From positions 1 through 40,370 of the IMG/VR virus record IMGVR_UViG_3300012001_000021: a stretch of DNA of 40,370 nucleotides, one strand, 5' to 3'. Every line of letters starts with the position of its first letter. The stretch's first letter is position 1. The notes under the pieces are model-generated. The model was not told the origin of the DNA. It made no database searches and worked only from the letters and a program-made list of their open reading frames with translations. Positions 35,082 to 40,370 of the stretch are shown piece by piece. This stretch comes from a virus (Duplodnaviria; Caudoviricetes). The position numbers were made by a program, and so were the translations under genes.

Positions 35082-35549
35082 CTAATTAAGCTTGGCATAC
35101 TCCCCATAATATTTGAGAGCAGCGTTATTATAAGCAGTTATAGCATCCTCTCTTTTTATAAAACTTCCTAGATGATGCCTCAGCCTATTAACAACAATGT
35201 AAGCCCTCCACTTACCACTATCTTTCCTGAGATGTACCCCTCTATATCCTGAGGTATTATTTTTTTGAGGGTTCTTATTATGATTATTTAAGTGATAAGT
35301 AGTGAGTCTTAAATTTAACTTAGTACAGTTCAATTTATCAAGATTAATATGATCTATATATTCACCTTTCTTGACTCCTAAGACTTCTCTATGAAGAAAG
35401 ACTGTATTTCGCTTTTTAGTTAATGGGTCTGTGAAATTACGAACTGCATAGCCAGTATGGTGATAATACCACTTATGTTTGCTTAACCTCTCAAAATCAT
35501 CGCTGTCAACTAAAACAACCCTATTTTGAGTTAATAGTATCTTCTTCAT
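35082..35549 (-). CDS. HNH-AP2 homing endonuclease
   Basis: LHREV...IDHINLDKLN...NLR; AP2 domain SGYRGV...KWRAYI...HLGSF. Confidence 0.92.
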   Translation of the reverse strand: MKKILLTQNRVVLVDSDDFERLSKHKWYYHHTGYAVRNFTDPLTKKRNTVFLHREVLGVKKGEYIDHINLDKLNCTKLNLRLTTYHLNNHNKNPQKNNTSGYRGVHLRKDSGKWRAYIVVNRLRHHLGSFIKREDAITAYNNAALKYYGEYAKLN

Positions 35550-36699
35550 AAACTTCCGCTTGAACCTTCTCTAAGAAAGGGATAAGATGTGTCTTCATTA
35601 CATACTCCGTGTCATATTGCATAATACTTAGCCTACAAAATACACCCATTTTCTTACGATCATCTTTAAAAATTTGCTCCATATGCATATACAGAGAATG
35701 ACTATCTACAACACCCACATATGAGAGTAGTGGTGTGAATCGTTTATAAAGCACCTCTGTAAGATATCCATTTTTGCCTGGCTCGATTAACTCTGTCATT
35801 GAGGTAAAGTCATTTGCAATTACTGGTATTCCACAGGCCATAGCTTCAACAATAGGAACACCCCACCCCTCGGACACTGAGGGAGCTAGTAAGCAATCAA
35901 AGGTAGAATAAATCTTAGCCATATGCTCTTTACTGATCTTGTAGGCTAGATCATAAGGAGGAGGATAGAAAACTACACTTGGATTAAGACCTAAAAACTT
36001 GACGTATTCATTAATAGGGAATCCACCGGGATTATCAACCGCTACATGAAAGTAGATAGCAGATTTAGGATGCTCTCTGTGAAAGACAGCAAAGGCATCT
36101 AATACCTCTTGAAAGGACTTACGAGGAGGATTATCCTTATTAGCCGCCACCATACCAAATAAGAAAACGTCTTTAGGAATACCAAGTAACTCCCGCATCT
36201 CATCTTTCTTATATGGCTTAAATATCTTAGTATCTACCATAAGAGGAAGATAGGTAGAATGGACACCGTTATCGGCGAGTTGTTTTTGAGCGAACTTTGA
36301 ATAGGCTAGAATACGATAGGCCATTTTAGCCCGTTGTAAAACAGCAGGGGGAATAGGATCATGATCAACGGGAAGCCATGGAATCCAGCGCTTAACATGC
36401 TGAAGGGCATTAGGATCTAGTGTCCAGATGTCCTGATTAGAAAGAGTGATATCAGTATTGAAATCCTTACCATGCTCAATCATGGCATCTAACCCCCAGA
36501 TATCGGCTATTCTAGGATAGTGCTTAACACCCTCAAGCTCTACAATCCCTCCCTCTAAGCCGTAAAAGTCTATATGTGCCTGAGTCCAGCCATCTTTTGT
36601 TAAGGCTGGTAAAACGTACGCTTGCTGCTGAGCATATCCCGAATTTGACCAAAAAGCATTGGAGTTCCATAAAATCTTTAAACGTCTATCTTTCTTCAT
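35521..36699 (-). CDS. Glycosyltransferase, GT4-like (GT-B)
   Basis: SGYAQQ, VDTKIFKP, RKS, SVSEGWGVPIVEAMACGIPVI. Confidence 0.92.
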   Translation of the reverse strand: MKKDRRLKILWNSNAFWSNSGYAQQQAYVLPALTKDGWTQAHIDFYGLEGGIVELEGVKHYPRIADIWGLDAMIEHGKDFNTDITLSNQDIWTLDPNALQHVKRWIPWLPVDHDPIPPAVLQRAKMAYRILAYSKFAQKQLADNGVHSTYLPLMVDTKIFKPYKKDEMRELLGIPKDVFLFGMVAANKDNPPRKSFQEVLDAFAVFHREHPKSAIYFHVAVDNPGGFPINEYVKFLGLNPSVVFYPPPYDLAYKISKEHMAKIYSTFDCLLAPSVSEGWGVPIVEAMACGIPVIANDFTSMTELIEPGKNGYLTEVLYKRFTPLLSYVGVVDSHSLYMHMEQIFKDDRKKMGVFCRLSIMQYDTEYVMKTHLIPFLEKVQAEVYEEDTINSK

Positions 36700-37493
36700 T
36701 TTTTATCTCCTACTAAATAATCAAAGTGCTTAATTAAATCCTCATTAAACTCAACCCGATAGTTAAACTTCTTAACTGGACCACCCCAGTGATATAATTT
36801 CACGAGTATATCGGTATTAGGATAACCACTCTCAGACTTAGGTAAAATAACCTTAGCCTCGCTCCTAATCTCTTCGTTATTAATTAGCTTCATTCTTAAC
36901 CCTTCGCCCTTAGCGACGATTCCATGCCATCTATGCTCTGTTTCAAATTCGTCCATTGCATCAAAACACTTAACATTATAAAGACCAAACTTACAAAGAA
37001 TATTTAAAATATCCTGTTCACGATACTGAAGATTTAAAAAGATATCATCTTGAAAACAAAGCTTCTTCCAGTGTTCTATAAAGGCTTTAGAACGCATAGC
37101 GACTAACCCACAGTTAAAGTATTTAGTACAGTCGATAATATACGTTGTAATAGGACCATACTGCTTAAAGTCAGTCGGGTTGAAGTTAAGTACAGTCCCA
37201 ACGTCGTAATCGGCATCTTCCCATAAATGCTTAAGATCCCCACAAACTAGTTGGTCTATATCAAACCCGATCACTGTCTCGTATTGGTACATTAATTCTG
37301 AGGCTATAATAGGCTTTTGACGGTAAAAGAAATGAGGATCTTGAGCTAAACGCTTCTTGATATCTTCACCGCATATTTCAACTAAAGGGAGTTCTTCTTC
37401 AGAGTGGAATTTACGAAGACTATTTTTGAATTTACGAGCATCTTCTTTGTGAGACTCGTCATAGGTAATAAAGGCTACTACTGGTTTTTTCAT
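36696..37493 (-). CDS. Glycosyltransferase, GT8-like (GT-A)
   Basis: NSLRKFH, FDIDQLVCGDL, YFNCGLV, EQDILN, LYHWGG. Confidence 0.8.
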   Translation of the reverse strand: MKKPVVAFITYDESHKEDARKFKNSLRKFHSEEELPLVEICGEDIKKRLAQDPHFFYRQKPIIASELMYQYETVIGFDIDQLVCGDLKHLWEDADYDVGTVLNFNPTDFKQYGPITTYIIDCTKYFNCGLVAMRSKAFIEHWKKLCFQDDIFLNLQYREQDILNILCKFGLYNVKCFDAMDEFETEHRWHGIVAKGEGLRMKLINNEEIRSEAKVILPKSESGYPNTDILVKLYHWGGPVKKFNYRVEFNEDLIKHFDYLVGDKK

Positions 37494-37930
37494 AAATTAA
37501 TCCTTTGTCTATCATGAATACCGTCATATTTGTGGTGGCACTTAGTACATAACCTAAGCCAGTCAGTTAATTCTCTTGTATACAGTCCTGATTTATTAGC
37601 CCACTCAAACTTTTTAGCCGAATCTGTGCCACAATGATCACAGAGAGAGGGTTTGCCAAGACGCTTATATATCCACCTATGCAGTCCTGAATATCCTACC
37701 TTATCACCCTTCCATTGCTGATTGTCGCTTTCCATATTCTCACCCTTTTTAAAGATAATAGATCCTTTAGGGACTATACCCTTCTTAAACTCTGTATTGG
37801 GTGAGTTTCTCCTACCTAAGGCTGCCTTGTTAGCGCATGGCTTTGAACAATACTTCCCCCTATTATGATGGAGTACATCCCAATCACTCTTTTCAAATAC
37901 CTTATTACAAAGTAAACAAATCCTAGTCAT
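37490..37930 (-). CDS. HNH-type endonuclease with N-terminal Zn finger
   Basis: Start MTRICLLC; KYCSKPC, GYSGLHRWI, CDHCG, EWAN, LCTKCH. Confidence 0.8.
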   Translation of the reverse strand: MTRICLLCNKVFEKSDWDVLHHNRGKYCSKPCANKAALGRRNSPNTEFKKGIVPKGSIIFKKGENMESDNQQWKGDKVGYSGLHRWIYKRLGKPSLCDHCGTDSAKKFEWANKSGLYTRELTDWLRLCTKCHHKYDGIHDRQRINL

Positions 37931-38589
37931 AAATCCTCTCTTATACAACCTAAAACATATGCTTCTGTAGCCATTTTTTTTAAGGTGTACCCTGCATCTC
38001 GTAAAGCTGCTACGCCTTGGCTGTAATTTACTTGAGGCCATGCATGAAACTCCGTCACCATAGCATCAATCTTTTTAGCCGTCTCTTTAAAGTCTTGACT
38101 TGCCAAAATTCCAAATTCAGATCCCTCACAATCTAACTTACAAAAATCTATCTTCTCTATCTTGTTCTCTTTCATCAAGACATCAAGTGTTACTGTTCGT
38201 ACCTTTTCGCTCGTTCCGGCGTTATCCATACCATGAAGTAAAGAGTGAGCCGTAACATTCTTAGAGTGGAAAAGCTCCATCTCGCCGTTTTCATGAGAGA
38301 GGGCATAAGGTAAGACGGTTACTTTATCCTCAATACCATTAAACTTAGTCATCTTTTTAATAGTCTCAATATGTCCCTTACTAGGCTCAACGATATAACA
38401 ATGTTTAGCCCCGTTAAGAATAGCAAAGTAAGTAAACAGTCCCACATTTCCACCAACATCAAGCACAATACCATCTTTAATATATTTCATATAAGGAGCG
38501 TATACCTGATCTATGAAGATTTCTTTGAGAATATGGGGAATGTAGGATGACGTAAAATCGTCAAAAAAGATAGCTTGTTGTGTAGACAT
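37927..38589 (-). CDS. FkbM-family SAM methyltransferase
   Basis: VLDVGGNVG, VEP, VTLD, IDFCKLDCEGSE, EFH; start probably MSTQQ. Confidence 0.92.
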   Translation of the reverse strand: MSTQQAIFFDDFTSSYIPHILKEIFIDQVYAPYMKYIKDGIVLDVGGNVGLFTYFAILNGAKHCYIVEPSKGHIETIKKMTKFNGIEDKVTVLPYALSHENGEMELFHSKNVTAHSLLHGMDNAGTSEKVRTVTLDVLMKENKIEKIDFCKLDCEGSEFGILASQDFKETAKKIDAMVTEFHAWPQVNYSQGVAALRDAGYTLKKMATEAYVLGCIREDL

Positions 38590-38677
38590 GTTGTTAATGT
38601 TTACTAGGGGCAAGATAGTCTCGCCCCCGTAAAACATTTATCTACTGTATCAAGTAAAACAATAGATTGTCAAGACA

Positions 38678-39358
38678 CTAGAGAAGAACTTGATTTTCTT
38701 CTGCTGAGTATGATGACTTATAGGTAACTACTAACCTATCGGTAACAGCGACAATCGCCGTGCCTTGGAAGGCATTAGACGGTGTACCACTATTAGTCTT
38801 AAGGTTTGCCCCTATCGTACCACCGTTGAAGGTAGTTGTAGTACCGTTGTTAACCCAATTAAAGAATTTAACATCGGCAGTTGAACCAATCTTATCAGGT
38901 AAGCCAAACCAGTGAACTAAACCTGCAGCTGTGCCGATAGCTACACCGATACGAGCAGAGCCGTTTCCAGCATCTCCTGTACCAAGATTAGCCGTACCAG
39001 TTGTCATTTTAGACCAAATCTGTGTCCCGGCTACTGTGCCTCCTCCTACTGCAGGAGCGATAGCGACAGTCTCAGTTTTATTAATACCAAATTGGTCTTT
39101 TCCATTAACCACAAGAGTACCACCAGTAACTGAACCTGCGGCAGCAGCGAGAGAGTAAACGGCATTTCTTGGATAATCAGCATTACTGTTAATTAGTACA
39201 AGAACCTTAGATTGAGTCTGCGTACCAACAGCTGTCCCAAACCATGTTGGGTCAACTGATGGATGCATGATGGTATATTGACGAGTAAAATCTACCTCAT
39301 CGGCAGCTACGTCATAACCAGCATTACGAAGTTCGAATAAAGTTTTTTTAAGTGCCAT
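38678..39358 (-). CDS. Putative capsid-associated structural protein
   Basis: YPRN...GKDQFG...ETV...FGLP; near MCP; GT-rich. Confidence 0.6.
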   Translation of the reverse strand: MALKKTLFELRNAGYDVAADEVDFTRQYTIMHPSVDPTWFGTAVGTQTQSKVLVLINSNADYPRNAVYSLAAAAGSVTGGTLVVNGKDQFGINKTETVAIAPAVGGGTVAGTQIWSKMTTGTANLGTGDAGNGSARIGVAIGTAAGLVHWFGLPDKIGSTADVKFFNWVNNGTTTTFNGGTIGANLKTNSGTPSNAFQGTAIVAVTDRLVVTYKSSYSAEENQVLL

Positions 39359-39491
39359 AATTTATTTTAAGTGTTCACCTACTTTCATATCTTTTATAAT
39401 GTATTTGTAAAGTCTAACCCTCTGTACAGGGTTTATTCCTAACATCTGACACGCCTGTTTATAACTAAGACGGGTGTCGTGTCGTCTCCCT

Positions 39492-39845
39492 CTAGTTTTG
39501 TGATTTCTTCTCGGCATGATTTTGTCGTTGCATAGAGGCCATACGAAGTCGCATCTCTCCTAAGATATCCTCTCCTCTAAGTCTAGCCAACTCTTTTTTA
39601 CCAAAGTACTTTAAAGAGTTTGTAGACTTACCTCCGTCAATATGTTTTAAAAGCGAGGCGACTGCATCAGCACGCTCTCCTAAGCTTTCAGCAAAAGCCT
39701 TATCAGCCTTAGATCGCTGCAAATCATAAGCCTTAATAGAGTCCTCAATAATTTGCTTATTGTGAGCCTCCGAAAAGTCAGCGTCGCCCTCAGGCTTAAA
39801 CCATACCTTTAAATCTAATATTTGATTGTCTGTTAGTTTAGTCAT
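39492..39845 (-). CDS. Hypothetical protein downstream of MCP
   Basis: Start MTKLTDNQ with SD GGAGGAG. Confidence 0.7.
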   Translation of the reverse strand: MTKLTDNQILDLKVWFKPEGDADFSEAHNKQIIEDSIKAYDLQRSKADKAFAESLGERADAVASLLKHIDGGKSTNSLKYFGKKELARLRGEDILGEMRLRMASMQRQNHAEKKSQN

Positions 39846-39950
39846 ATGTATATAGTCTCCTCCGTCTACACGAGAGAGGAGACTATATGTCACGATTGTT
39901 TGTATTACGGCTTACCGCAACGGAAGTGTTAATCGTGACCAAATGCACTA

Positions 39951-40370
39951 TTACCCCGTCTTTTGAACACCACGTGCGTTAGCACCAGGAGCGATACATA
40001 AAACGTTCATGAACCACACCATAGTTGCTTGGTACGTTAGATAATCCGGTCGTCTTAACAGACTTCCTGATTCTGGGTTTTCAGCCCAATTCAAATCTGA
40101 TACCTGAGCCATGATCCAAGAGTCCATATTTAAAATAAGGACTTCGCCATCTGGGACGTCGTAGTCCAAAAAGACTCCGACAGTACCAGCGCCAGCGGCA
40201 AACTCTAGACCTGACCAGCCTCCGAGAAGTTGAGTTGTATTAACTGTTCTTCGCATAGAGGTAAGGATGTCTCCATATTTACGATAAAGTGTTTTGTTAA
40301 CAAATATTGCGTATTTGTCGTCCATCTCACTATATTCTTTCGCAGAGATATAAAGATTCTCCATTCTAGT
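39951..40370 (-). CDS. Major capsid protein, 3' part
   Basis: In-frame continuation of 902..1; GGWSGLEF...VFLDYDVPDGEVLILN...NVLCIAPGANAR. Confidence 0.9.
   Translation of the reverse strand, partial: TRMENLYISAKEYSEMDDKYAIFVNKTLYRKYGDILTSMRRTVNTTQLLGGWSGLEFAAGAGTVGVFLDYDVPDGEVLILNMDSWIMAQVSDLNWAENPESGSLLRRPDYLTYQATMVWFMNVLCIAPGANARGVQKTG
40294..40370. repeat. Terminal direct repeat copy 2
   Basis: Identical to 1-77. Confidence 0.97.

Noticed and set aside
3511-39158. Many plus-strand ORFs of 60-115 aa (e.g. 3511, 14685, 19436, 27668, 34272, 38931)
   Set aside because: They are antisense to well-supported genes and have no recognisable motifs
1-40370. CRISPR array, tRNA genes or stop-codon reassignment
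   Set aside because: No spaced repeats or cloverleafs were seen; TAA, TAG and TGA all end genes and coding density is high under code 11

Overview
This window is an apparently complete circular dsDNA tailed-phage genome of 40,293 bp. Bases 1-77 are repeated exactly at 40294-40370 (assembly overlap), and the 414-aa major capsid gene runs across that junction. Almost all genes are on the minus strand. The packaging/head module has TerS, TerL, portal, scaffold and MCP. The tail is podovirus-like (adaptor, nozzle, three ejection-type proteins, no tape measure). Also present: holin plus M23 endolysin, a replication initiator with internal iterons, ERF, RusA, a ParB-like protein, three HNH nucleases and many mini-ORFs. 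I saw no integrase, DNA polymerase, tRNA or CRISPR array. A candidate virion-glycosylation system comprises an SDR epimerase, a split transketolase-like ThDP enzyme, GT4 and GT8-like glycosyltransferases, an FkbM methyltransferase and a degenerate LicD-like protein, alongside virion proteins rich in Gly-Thr. Reading below the ORF-track cutoff gave four further observations. (1) Three mini-proteins resemble isolated fragments of HK97-fold capsid proteins. (2) A 45-aa protein resembles half of the PheRS-beta anticodon-binding domain. (3) Two leader attenuators share one architecture, and one has a divergent small RNA. (4) Many promoters look leaderless, and two carry a phased ACTATCA operator. 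A Patescibacteria/Microgenomates-type host is only an inference. All family calls come from motif recognition by eye, not from database searches.
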